From the NCBI RefSeq assembly GCF_006345805.1, contig NW_021833140.1, positions 1 to 29,202 on the forward strand: a DNA stretch of 29,202 nt. The letters are read 5' to 3'. The position numbers and the translations under genes are program-made. The notes below the pieces were generated by a model. The model ran no database searches. It saw only the letters and a program-made list of their open reading frames with translations, and was not told the DNA's origin. Positions 21,301-29,202 of the stretch are shown one piece after another. This DNA is from Octopus sinensis. Lineage: Eukaryota. Positions within the stretch are counted from its first letter, which is position 1; the number at the start of each line of letters is the position of its first letter.

Positions 21301-22694
21301 CATCAAAAGACCAGAGTTAGGGTCTTCTTGAAGCCATTAGGGATTGGGTTATTGTGTTTGAATGTGTAATTGCAATTATATTGCCATATTGGATGACTTG
21401 ACAACATGACATATGTTTGTAAATGCTTCAGTAAAAACAGACTTAGTGTAGGGGGACACAGCCAAATCATATCATATTCCCCACATCCAAAAAGAGAGAA
21501 TGAATTTAAGGAAATTTGACAGAAAATGATATTCACAAGTGAAGCCAGACCATGGCTGGTCTCTCTCTCACTGAGACATAAGAATAACTGAATGGGTTCA
21601 GGAGAATTGATTGAATCTGGAGTAGATTTCAAAAAAAAGATGAATTTGACTGAGAATAATCGACTGTTGTCTATCATTATTCATTGATTTTCAGTGTCAT
21701 TTTGGGAACTTTGCAAGGTGATTGATTTCACAGAGAGACATTACTTTCATGACCCTTGAATATCAGATCTGAAATCTGCCAGATTAAGACAGATATATGG
21801 GATTCTCTGAAGGGTCTCTGGAGTAAGTTGCCCAATAGGATGTATAGTTCAGAGATCTGCGAGTCTCTCCAGGTTGAGCCACTTCTTCACATCTCTGGTA
21901 CCTAGGACATGTGATCAGAATGTCGCAGGAATGAATTACAAGACAGGTTCTCAAAGTCAAACCAATGGAGTAGGAGACCCAGGGGTAGACCAAGCACTAA
22001 TAGTTGGATGATATATTAGACTTAGTTGTTGATGCTTGGGAATCCAACCAAAATATGTAATGATGGTACATCTGATAGGCCCCAATGGAAGAAATGCCAG
22101 GGGACTCTATCCCCACAACTCTCCCAGAAATATTGAGCAGAGGAAATGAATGGATCAAATGGTTTGCCTGTTGGTACCCTATGTTGATTCTTTAGGTTCT
22201 CATACACTTTTGCCTTCACCAAACACATCTGCCATCGGTTTACCTTAAAAGATTCTCAAGTGAAACTTTAATTAATTTTTTAAAAAAATCTCATTAATTT
22301 AACCACTTTGTTATTTTTCTCATCATCCTAGAAATAGAAAAACAATGTCTTATAATTTCTTGTTCTTAGCTATTTTTTTATTTCTCTCTTGAAATAGTTT
22401 CTTGTTACTTTATAAAACACACATCTTTTATATTATTGTTATATTGTTGATGTTGTTGCATTTATTTCTTATTGTTGGGTCTTTTGCCAGCAATTTTTTT
22501 AGGAGTTGATACAAACTAAACTGAAAATTGATGATGAGTCTATTGACGGCTGTAAAACAAGGCTACCTGATGCTTTACGAATGGTACAAGGAATTGCGAC
22601 CCAGAAAACACGGACACACGCAACATTACGTGCGCTCTTGAAGAAGCTGAATGTGTCGCTGCGATGGGAATGTCTGTCATTAGACGCAAAGTGA
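4661..22694 (+). CDS. Spliced gene, 5' part outside window: ankyrin-repeat / RING E3 ligase (Mind bomb 2-like) with C-terminal Death domain; exons 4661-4873, 8369-8546, 11305-11352, 12522-12664, 14545-14595, 17854-17923, 20936-21008, 22491-22694; apparent frameshifts in four exons
   Basis: Exons bounded by pyrimidine-rich AG acceptors and GT donors. Phases chain 0-0-2-2-1-1-1-1 once single-base indels are corrected. Ankyrin (TPLxxA..GH), RING (CxxC..PCxH..CxxC..CPxCR) and Death-domain motifs are recognisable in order. Confidence 0.8.
4898..4986. repeat. (TG)n microsatellite
   Basis: Direct reading. Confidence 0.9.
5424..5750 (-). mobile_element. Non-autonomous Helitron fragment (3' end)
   Basis: The - strand ends cccgggcaatgccggg (hairpin), short spacer, CTAG|T. 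The 5' limit is approximate. Confidence 0.7.
6004..6605 (-). mobile_element. RTE-clade LINE 3' fragment, related to 1696-3580
   Basis: (CAT)n tail, shared gtccttcctaatgc UTR motif, and GGGRPRKTCNNVVRKD C-terminal motif. Confidence 0.85.
6980..7364 (+). mobile_element. Probable non-autonomous Helitron
   Basis: A|TC start (tctatagacag), degenerate subterminal hairpin cctgaacaaggccggg, CTAA (CTRR) end. Confidence 0.5.
7365..7864 (+). mobile_element. Non-autonomous Helitron abutting the previous one
   Basis: TC start (tctatcaaatg), hairpin cccacgcgtagagcggg about 10 nt before CTAG|T. Confidence 0.65.
8369..8546 (+). CDS. Exon: last ankyrin repeat (FCVELKLGNEERCSGVVVASYLAHHGANFYCKNKN/GRTPLDLIEKENLKKTL/NVIPTNA), two apparent +1 insertions
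   Basis: atttgtag|TTC acceptor and gtaagt donor at 8547. GRTPLDL appears in the +1 frame after aattggc (~8474). A second +1 shift (~8525) is needed to give the phase-2 end that matches the next exon. Confidence 0.8.
8985..9180. repeat. (TA)n-rich tract flanking the Tc1 element
   Basis: Direct reading. Confidence 0.9.
9181..10671 (+). mobile_element. Tc1-family DNA transposon relic with about 200-bp IR/DR-type terminal inverted repeats
   Basis: 9181-~9375 is the reverse complement of ~10460-10662; right end ...ttccccccgtg|TA; left TIR lacks its outermost ~9 bp; inserted in TA tracts. Confidence 0.93.
9528..10444 (+). pseudogene. Disrupted Tc1 DDE transposase
   Basis: MAKSKELT..., FWENVLWTDETKIELFG, degenerate QDNDPKH, PSLSPDLNPIENLW and GYATKY*; in-frame stops, frameshifts and internal deletions. 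Confidence 0.92.
10770..10953 (-). mobile_element. Penelope-like terminal remnant containing a hammerhead-like motif
   Basis: Short unique island between TA/CA tracts carrying the motif at 10829-10870. Confidence 0.55.
10829..10870 (-). ncRNA. Minimal type I hammerhead ribozyme-like motif (core variant CUGUAGA)
   Basis: cttt CTGTAGA a gagc-gaag-gctc GAAA cg TA aaag: stem I cttt/aaag, 4-bp stem II, palindromic ACGU stem III. Confidence 0.55.
11305..11352 (+). CDS. 48-nt symmetric phase-2 micro-exon (HDGGRRMDQALKGPIR)
   Basis: tatttattccacag| acceptor and AG|gtagtt donor; length is a multiple of 3; open in the phase that joins the RING exon (AG|A = Arg). Confidence 0.6.
11881..12121 (-). mobile_element. 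RTE-clade LINE 3' fragment
   Basis: FRWAGHIARLTDNLWT...WYPREWKRPPGRPPRRW motif; GC-rich island between microsatellites. Confidence 0.88.
12522..12664 (+). CDS. Exon: C3HC4 RING finger, MIB/IAP type (CVFCEDEVATETFFPCKHLSLCKKCCPPKIPKRCPMCRQNITSKNSL)
   Basis: ttcctcag| acceptor, G|gtaaga donor; all eight zinc ligands present with zf-C3HC4_3 spacing. Confidence 0.9.
13550..14093 (+). mobile_element. Penelope-like (pseudo-LTR) remnant with about 126-bp inverted arms (13550-13676 and 13925-14050) and a hammerhead motif
   Basis: Arms are near-perfect reverse complements; inserted in a TAGA/TA tract; a short further copy of the arm end lies at ~25910-25945. Confidence 0.75.
13885..13929 (+). ncRNA. 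Minimal type I hammerhead ribozyme motif (one core change, GAAA to GGAA)
   Basis: ggacca CTGATGA g gtcac-aggagt-gtgac GGAA g-aa-c TC|tggcc: stem I, core, 5-bp stem II, minimal stem III and NUH site are all in order. Confidence 0.7.
14545..14595 (+). CDS. 51-nt phase-1 linker exon (VGPNSSKMEVQMVAGPV)
   Basis: atttttcag| acceptor, G|gtgagt donor, open frame, symmetric phase 1; flanks homologous to those of the next two exons. Confidence 0.7.
14621..14904 (-). mobile_element. tRNA-derived SINE (second family; head at ~14845) within an insertion flanked by tgtacctaa direct repeats
   Basis: The - strand reads ggaggcgcacggcttaatggttaggg (A box) and ggtttcgattcc (B box); 9-bp repeat at 14612-14620 and 14905-14913. 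Confidence 0.75.
15289..15707 (+). mobile_element. tRNA-derived SINE, near full length
   Basis: A box (tgtgtggtaag), B box (ggttcattccc), internal TA/TG tract, gtaaaaga tail; aligns with 19276, 25341 and 25958. Confidence 0.92.
16052..16264 (-). mobile_element. tRNA-derived SINE (third family), diverged
   Basis: The - strand reads gcggggaactggcagaatcgttagc...gagttcgaattc; homologous to 28707-29012. Confidence 0.8.
17641..17832. mobile_element. 192-nt insertion with 13-bp target-site duplication (probable truncated retroelement 3' end)
   Basis: accttgaaatatc at 17628-17640 and 17833-17845; insertion absent from the other two cassette copies. Confidence 0.7.
17854..17923 (+). CDS. Linker exon (VPKFEDKGV/SDAQLLGATSKQG), 70 nt, apparently two bases short of a 72-nt phase-1 exon
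   Basis: ctctttcag| acceptor, G|gtgagt donor, same position in the repeated cassette as 14545 and 20936; frame needs two single-base corrections. Confidence 0.55.
18690..20370 (+). mobile_element. Heavily decayed non-LTR retrotransposon RT region, Hero/NeSL-like, interrupted by a SINE
   Basis: KSAPGGDGV, DQVNAYRSV and FTTDSHRLETGIAVGCTISVILFVLVMEM, plus degenerate DDITT; the GCTISV.LF motif is typical of Hero-type RTs. Confidence 0.7.
19276..19683 (+). mobile_element. tRNA-derived SINE, full length, nested in the LINE RT
   Basis: ggcgtaggagtggctgtgtgg A box, ggttcagtccc B box, aaaagagt tail. Confidence 0.93.
20936..21008 (+). CDS. Exon: Death domain N-terminal part (SPQLKEKDLLRV/AKRLGRDWWQV), one apparent +1 insertion
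   Basis: atttcag| acceptor, G|gtgagt donor; L..VA..LG.DW motif appears after removing one T in gtggtctaag (~20975). Confidence 0.75.
21770..22165 (+). mobile_element. Decayed RTE-like LINE 3' fragment
   Basis: Degenerate WYLGHVIRMS...RQVLKVKP...RPRGRP motif on +. Confidence 0.65.
22491..22694 (+). CDS. Terminal coding exon: rest of Death domain (AIFLGVDT/TKLKIDDESID/AVKQGYLMLYEWYK/NCDPE/TRTHATLRA/ALEEAECVAAM/ECLSLDAK*), about six single-base indels
   Basis: cttttgccag| acceptor, TGA at 22692-22694; Death-domain motifs LG, Q.Y.ML..W and T...L..AL are distributed over three frames. Confidence 0.75.
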
Positions 22695-23230
22695 ATTTCT
22701 GGTAACTGTTGTTGTTTAGCCTCAGATAACCTTGACCAAACAGAGACTTATGATCAAACCCATTCCAGCCAAGGACATCATACCTATTTCCAAAGAGAAC
22801 CCACACCACATTGTCCAATATGCCCTTCTGTACAGTGATATCGTGTGAATTTAGCTGCTAATTCTAGCAGGTATATCAACCACATAGTGATCATTCACTG
22901 GTTTGGCTCCTTTGTTAAAATTCACATTTAAAAAAAGACAAACTTTGAACTGTTCTTATTGTTGTTGCTGTTGTTGTATATCTAATCCCCTCCCTAAACA
23001 ACCCCATGTTATATAGACAGCTTTAATATCTTCTGCTATATTGATAGCTATCTACCTTCATGTTTTAGCTGAGAGTAGAATGCCTGGTATATATATATAT
23101 ATTGATGCCTTTTCCCTTATATATCCTATAGAGATAGTATTTCTATATATAATACATGACGTATCTAAGGATATATCTCACTTTGTCCTGTTGTGGTTTA
23201 AGACAGGCTTCTCCAAAGTGGTGGTGGTTG

Positions 23231-23236
23231 AATAAA
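23231..23236 (+). promoter_or_regulatory. Candidate polyadenylation signal AATAAA for the gene
   Basis: First AATAAA I noticed about 540 nt after the stop; AT-rich context makes it weak evidence. Confidence 0.25.
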
Positions 23237-23814
23237 AATTCAGGGTGTTTTGAGTTCAATATACAATATTTTAATTTTATATTCTTACTTTATGACCTTC
23301 GTTATTTACTAATTACTGAAATTTTCGTCAGTAAAAATAAAACTTCACTTTTATAAATATGAAAAAAAAAAAAATTATAATTAAACAATAGCTGTGCTGA
23401 AAAGCTGAGCTAATAATAAAATAATGACAACATTTGTTGTTTTAATTGCATGTGATTGTGGAAAAAAGCCACAGTGTCTCCCTCTTTTTAAATAACTTCA
23501 GATAAAGATGAGTACAATTCTTCCTTACAATATTACCTTCATATTACTCCACTGTTATTTTAATTTGAAATTAGATTTCAAGTTCTTACAGCAGAGACCA
23601 AGATTAAATAAGTAACACACATGAGACCTTTATGTACATTATAAGATGTGACAGGAAGCTCTACCGAGCAGACTTTTGTGGAATTGGAAAGCAAGACTCA
23701 TAAGTATTCTCCACTTTTTATTGGATTCTTTTGTGATAGAAGTGAACAAACCTGATTGTTTTCAAATAAATAATCAAGATATTTAAATTAGATATAAAAA
23801 GAAACTTTATTCAG

Positions 23815-23920
23815 AAATTGATAATCACTATTAAAGCAAAACGAAATTTTACCGTTGAGTGTGTTAATATAAGGCACTAAAAGAGAATGACTCTCTCCAG
23901 ACACAACAAAATTATTTTGT
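23815..23920 (+). repeat. Diverged copy of the repeat at 27615-27762 and 28641-28706
   Basis: aattttaccgttgagtgtg...aaggcactaaaagagaatgactctctccagacacaac matches the reverse complement of 27640-27715. Confidence 0.75.
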
Positions 23921-24490
23921 ATCAAACTTTGTACAAAATTCTTCTAAATAAATTGATAACATAAGTTTCTGATTTTTTGCTTGGATAACTGGGGGAGAAA
24001 TTCTATTCACACATTATATGCCATGTAAATACACAACAAAATAATAAGGCTGTTCAAAGTTATAGGTTACTGTTTATATAGACCAGCTGGAGCAAATTTA
24101 GTTTAACATTTAATGCGTAACAATAAACTCATTTATAAAAGTGTTTTCTATAAATTGAGAAAACGTAAGACTTTTAGTGACTTTATAAAACTAAAAAGAG
24201 TATCTTCAAACTTTGCTGACCCCAGACAAATTCCTTTACTGACTGAGATCTTCATCTTGTTCTGGTCAATGACTGTCAAAGTAATTTTCATATTTTAAAA
24301 GCATCAAAATGAAAATATGTTGCCCAGAGAAGAGAGGTTGAATTTGTCAAATTATAAAAGCACAGAGAATAATGATGGACTGGACATTTTCTTTAGATTA
24401 ATGATCAGAGGATCCCTAAACAGATGCTATATGCTAAACTTCTTTATGGAAAGAGCCCCCAGCAGAACGAAGACTACGATTTAAGGACTG

Positions 24491-24536
<46 letters not shown>

Positions 24537-24551
24537 ATAATATATATATAT

Positions 24552-24782
24552 ATACTAAGCAATTAAGGGTTTAGCAACGAATTGCCTCACCACACACCGA
24601 ATTTAGAAATAGCAGTCAAAGAGTTATAGCTATTTTCTACTAAAAGGGGGATCTCAGTTGCTAAACCCTTAATGCTTAGTATTACTTAAATTTTTCTCGA
24701 ATGAGGCTTTTACATGCCGAAATCTACTTGGTGTAATTAATAATTATTCCAAATTAATTAATTTCACCCTTTATTGTTACTG

Positions 24783-24783
<1 letters not shown>
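24552..24783 (+). mobile_element. Short Penelope-like remnant in a (TA)n tract, with a 26-bp inverted repeat and a decayed hammerhead-like motif
   Basis: atactaagcaattaagggtttagcaac (24552-24578) pairs with gttgctaaacccttaatgcttagtat (24657-24682); ctcgaatga ggc..gcc gaaa at 24696-24722. Confidence 0.55.
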
Positions 24784-24814
<31 letters not shown>

Positions 24815-24828
24815 TATATATATATAAA

Positions 24829-24950
24829 CTGAGCGGATACTTACCAGGCTGAAAAATGTACTTTAATGAGGTCAATTGGTTCGACTAAAAATCCTGCAAG
24901 GCGGTAACCCAGCATGGCCGCAATTTAATGACTGAAAAAATTAAAAAAAG
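24829..24950 (+). mobile_element. SINE 3' fragment
   Basis: tcgactaaaa...aaggcggtaacccagcatggccgca...aatgactgaaa matches the 3' end of the full SINE copies. Confidence 0.75.
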
Positions 24951-25340
24951 AAGAAGCAATATACGAAAATTGTTATCGATGTCAACAACTTCTCCGTCCC
25001 GCTTTCACAAATTCAGCGAAACAGAAATGAAAGCACACACACACACACACATATTGGCTGACCCACACACTCATACAATTTCTTCAGAATGTCACGGTTT
25101 TAAGGTCAACATTTTTAAAGCATAAATAGCTACGAGTGTGCTTCTTTGCATGTATCTATATGTGTGGGTGTTTGTGCGTGTGTGAGCACAGTCCACCCAT
25201 ACCCAAGGTGGTCGCATCATCTCATTTGACCCAGCCACGAAATTTTTTTTTTCTCCCACGAGTGTTCCGGATCCCATTAATGAACTCATTTGCATACAAC
25301 CAGTCAGAGCTCACCTTCAACTTGTTGTCAGGTTAATAAA

Positions 25341-25509
25341 CAGGAGTGTCTGTATGGGAAGTAGCTCGCTTACCAACCACATGGTTCCGGGTTCAATCCC
25401 ACTACGTGGCACCATGGGCAAATGTCTTCTACCATAGCCTACGGACCGACCAAAGCTTTGTCAGTGGATTTTGTACACGGAAACAGAAGGAAGCCCGTCG
25501 TATATATGA

Positions 25510-25555
<46 letters not shown>

Positions 25556-25768
25556 GTGTGTATGTTACTGTGTCTGTGTTTGTCCTCCCAACATAGTTTC
25601 ACAACCGATGCTGGTGTGTTTACGTCCCCATAATTTAGCGGTTCGGTATAGGAGACCGATAGAATAAGTACTAGGTTTACAAATAATAGGTCCTCGGGTC
25701 GATCTACTGGACATAAGTCGGTGCTCCAGCATGGCCGCTGTTAAATGACTGAAACATGTAAAAGAGTA
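25341..25768 (+). mobile_element. tRNA-derived SINE, near full length
   Basis: Colinear with 19276-19683. Confidence 0.92.
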
Positions 25769-25782
25769 TACAATATATATAG

Positions 25783-25838
<56 letters not shown>

Positions 25839-25957
25839 ATATATATATATATATATATACATACAACCATATATGTATACATATGTATATATATATATAT
25901 ATGGTTATAATTCGGAATGGTCATTTTGGCAGTTTAGGCAATAAATATATAAACATA

Positions 25958-26309
25958 GTCGCTGGAGTGGCAGTGTGGCTTGCTAACCAACCACATGGTT
26001 CCGGATTCAGTCCCACTGCGTGGCATCTTGGGCAAGTGTCTTCTGCTATAGCCCCGGGCCGACCAAAGCCTTTTGAGTGGATTTGGTAGACGGAAACTGA
26101 AAGAAGCCTATCGTATACATGTACATATATATATATGTATGTGTGTGTTTGTGTGTCTGTGTTTGTCCTCCTAGCATTGCTTGACAACCGATGCTGGTGT
26201 GTGTACGTCCCCGTCACTTAGCGGGCTTACAAAGAATAAGTCCCGGGGTCGATTTGCTCGACTAAAGCTGGTGCTCCAGCATGGCCGCAGTCAAATGACT
26301 GAAACAAGT

Positions 26310-26313
<4 letters not shown>
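25958..26313 (+). mobile_element. tRNA-derived SINE with an internal deletion of about 30 nt at ~26225
   Basis: Colinear with the other copies but lacks ttcggcaaaagagaccgatagaataagtacta. Confidence 0.9.
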
Positions 26314-26345
<32 letters not shown>

Positions 26346-26613
26346 TATATAGATATATATATATGTATCTAATATCTATCTATCTATTTATCTATCATCT
26401 TTATATATACCTTTATAAATGTCTATCTTCTTCATACATAATACTACGTACGTACGTACATACATACATAAATACATACATACATACATACATACATACA
26501 TACATACATACATACATAATAATACATACATACATACACACATACATCATACATACATACTACATACATACATACATACATACATACATACATGCATGCA
26601 TGCATACATACAT
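26314..26613. repeat. Compound (TA)n / (TATC)n / (CATA)n microsatellite
   Basis: Direct reading. Confidence 0.92.
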
Positions 26614-27056
26614 AGGTGTATATACTCAGACACGCATATCTGAAACAAAATAATAACAAAGGGTTGTACTAGATATTGTTATTACTTTATATAGTTGTGG
26701 CGTGTAATTAAATGTAAATTATAAGCTAGTTGATGTTTAATTGTTAAAGGTATCAGCAGGAAGCTTGCATGCGTATGTGTGTCTGTTGGTGCGCCAATGC
26801 TCGTGTCCCCTTCGCAAGCGAAAAACGAGCCCATTTTAATTCGAAACTCTCACGTCGTTTTTATATGACGCAAGGGAAGAAATTCTAGATGTTATTTTTT
26901 ATACCCTCCAGCCTTCATCAGGTGTCTTGGGGAAATTTGAAACCTGAGTTCACATTCCTAAGGTATTTTTATGTACCTGTATCTATAGTTATATTTCTCT
27001 CTCTCTCTCTCTCTCTCTCCTCGCACACATATATGTATATATACAGATAGATAGAT

Positions 27057-27098
<42 letters not shown>

Positions 27099-27614
27099 CA
27101 GACAGAGAAGTATAAACACAAGTAGTGTGTATGTTCATACACTTCTTGTGCGCCTGTATGAATAGCAGACAATAACAAAAGAAAATCCAAAAAATTAACG
27201 AGAAATATCATAGAAGCCAGAATATTTTTTGTCTTTGGAAAAGGTGAAGATATATTTATGCCTCACTTAAGTTTAATACCTTCAAATATTCCTTTCGAAC
27301 TCAAACGACTTCAATTTCCAATACGTCAGTCTCTTGCGATGTCCATTGATAAGTACCAAGATCAGACATTCAAAGTTACTTCTTTGCAATTAGAGAAGGC
27401 TTGTTTTTCACACAGACATATCCTGGGGTTCCAGTGTGGGGAGCAAAGACAATTTTTCCATTTTCACCCCTACAGGTAAAACTCAAACCAATGTCTGTTA
27501 GGACGTTTTTAGCATGGGATCAACGGACAAGATTTGCAAAATGAATAAAAACTTTGAATTGAAATTGTCAACGCAACACTATATTCGCATAAGAAAATGT
27601 GTTTCTATTTTTTG

Positions 27615-27778
27615 GTTGTTGTAATACTGAAGTTCAATAATTCCGTTGTGTCTGGAGAGAATCATTTTCTTTTTGTGCCTTATTATGTAAAACACTCACC
27701 GGTAAAATTCCCACTTTTTTCTTATTTTTATTGTCCTAAAATTTTCGTTGCGTCTTGCAACCTATATACATATGTATG

Positions 27779-27827
<49 letters not shown>

Positions 27828-28582
27828 ATATATCATCATCAACAGAATCTCCAAGGCAAGCAGCGCGTTTGGGAGACTGTGAAAGAAAGTCTGGGAGCGG
27901 AGAGGAATCAGCCTCAACACCAAGCTGAAAGTCTACCGGGCAGTCGTGCTTACCACCCTACTATACGGCTGCGAGACGTGGACTGCTTACTGAAGTCACG
28001 AGCGCCAGATAAACTACTTCCACCTCAGGTGTCTTCGGAACCTCCTTCACATCCGCTGGCAGGACAAAGTCCCAGACACGGAAGTTCTGAAGCAGGCAGA
28101 TCTCCCTAGCACCATCACGGTCATGCGCAAGGCCCAGCTGAGATGGGCGGGCCACGTCTCCCGCATGTCCGACACTCGCATCCCAAAACAGCTCTTCTAC
28201 GGTGAACTCAGCCAGGGCAAACGCAAAGTCGGAGGGCAGAAGAAGCGCTTCAAGGATAGTCTCAAGGTCTCTCTCAAAGACTTCTCCATCGGCACAGAGA
28301 CTTGGGAGACACTTGCTGCCGACCGCTCATCCTGGCGCAGCGCAATCACCACAGGAGCAAAGACAGCCGAGGAGAGACGGATTCAGTCAGCAGAGCAGAA
28401 ACGCCAGATGCGGAAAGCCAGAGCCGCCTGCACCAGTAGCACGGCCCCTACCCACTTCTGCCCCACCTGTGGGAGGGGGCTTCCTTGCCCGGATTGGCCT
28501 CACCAGCCACCTCCGGTCTCATAGCGGCAGTTCCACCAGATGATGTAAGTGGTCATCTTCGAACCCGAAGGATGAACATTAT

Positions 28583-28638
<56 letters not shown>

Positions 28639-28706
28639 TAGGTTGCAAGTGCAATAAAAATTAGAAAAAAAGTGGGAATTTTACCGGTGAGTGTGTTATA
28701 TTATAA
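27615..28706. repeat. Head-to-head inverted pair of a Penelope-like terminal repeat (27615-27762 on -, 28641-28706 on +) separated by TA tracts and an RTE insertion
   Basis: ggttgcaag...caataaaaat.agaaaaaaagtgggaattttaccggtgagtgt is present in both orientations. Confidence 0.75.
27835..28580 (+). mobile_element. 5'-truncated RTE-clade LINE with C-terminal C2H2 zinc finger
   Basis: [43 protein letters not shown] and CPTCGRGFLARIGLTSHLRSH across frameshifts; short 3' UTR running into (TA)n. Confidence 0.93.
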
Positions 28707-29012
28707 CATCCGAAAGGATGAAAGGCAAAGTCGACGTCTGCGGAATTTGAACCCAGAACGTAACGGCAGACGAAATACCTATTTCTTTACTACCCACAAA
28801 GAGCTAAACACAGAGGGGACAAACAAGGACAGACAAACGGATTAAGTCGATTATATCGACCCCAGAGCGTAACTGGTACTTATTTAACCGACTCCGAAAG
28901 GATGAAAGGCAAGGTCGACCTCGGCGGAATTTGAACTCAGAACGTAACGGCAGACGAAATACTGCTAAGCATTTCGCCCGGCGTGCAAACGTTTCTGCCA
29001 GCTCGCGCCTTA
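28707..29012 (-). mobile_element. tRNA-derived SINE (third family) with a tandem partial repeat of its B-box region
   Basis: Head aaggcgcgagctggcagaaacg, B box gagttcaaattcc; 28710-28778 repeats 28894-28962. Confidence 0.9.
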
Positions 29013-29202
29013 ATAAAAGCGAAATTCCCTTGTGCCTGTGACCCCTGTCCCTCAGTCTACATAGACATATTCTACCTTTCTGTAATCAGGATGATCCCAG
29101 GATTGAAACTCTGCTCTTCATTTGGGTGTTGAAGATCCAGCATTGGGATCTGGTTTAAAACCATTTTGGCTGCTATTTCTAGCAGGTAAAGCCACAGTGG
29201 GA

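Noticed and set aside
22506-22694. 62-aa ORF as a standalone gene
   Set aside because: Mosaic frame crossing the indel-disrupted terminal Death-domain exon.
15289-26313. tRNA genes suggested by A/B boxes
   Set aside because: These are SINE heads continuing into the shared SINE body; no complete cloverleaf.
10539-27211. Many 60-120-aa ORFs rich in YI, CV, HT or MYVC
   Set aside because: Derived from TA, TG and CATA microsatellites or SINE bodies.
1-29202. CRISPR arrays, operons or other prokaryotic systems
   Set aside because: Sequence is eukaryotic (spliceosomal introns, SINEs, LINEs); no constant-repeat/unique-spacer array seen.

Overview
AT-rich, repeat-dense eukaryotic genomic DNA, most likely Octopus or another coleoid cephalopod (inferred from the SINE families, RTE LINEs and very long TA/TATC/CATA microsatellites; not verified by search). 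Almost all ORF-track entries are microsatellite or TE artefacts. The only host gene I can support is the 3' part of a spliced + strand gene with 8 exons at 4661-22694: ankyrin repeats, a 16-codon spacer exon, a C3HC4 RING (MIB/IAP type), two short linker exons and a C-terminal Death domain, i.e. a MIB2-like E3 ligase carrying a Death domain. About 11 single-base indels (mostly homopolymer insertions) hide the reading frame in four exons, so this is either unpolished long-read error or a young pseudogene. The two linker exons and the first Death-domain exon sit in a triplicated intron-exon cassette. Introns and flanks hold RTE and Hero/NeSL-like LINE fragments, an IR/DR-type Tc1 relic, non-autonomous Helitrons, tRNA-derived SINEs, and several Penelope-like remnants with minimal type I hammerhead ribozyme motifs. 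In the best hammerhead case (13885-13929) the element's inverted copy begins exactly at the predicted self-cleavage site.
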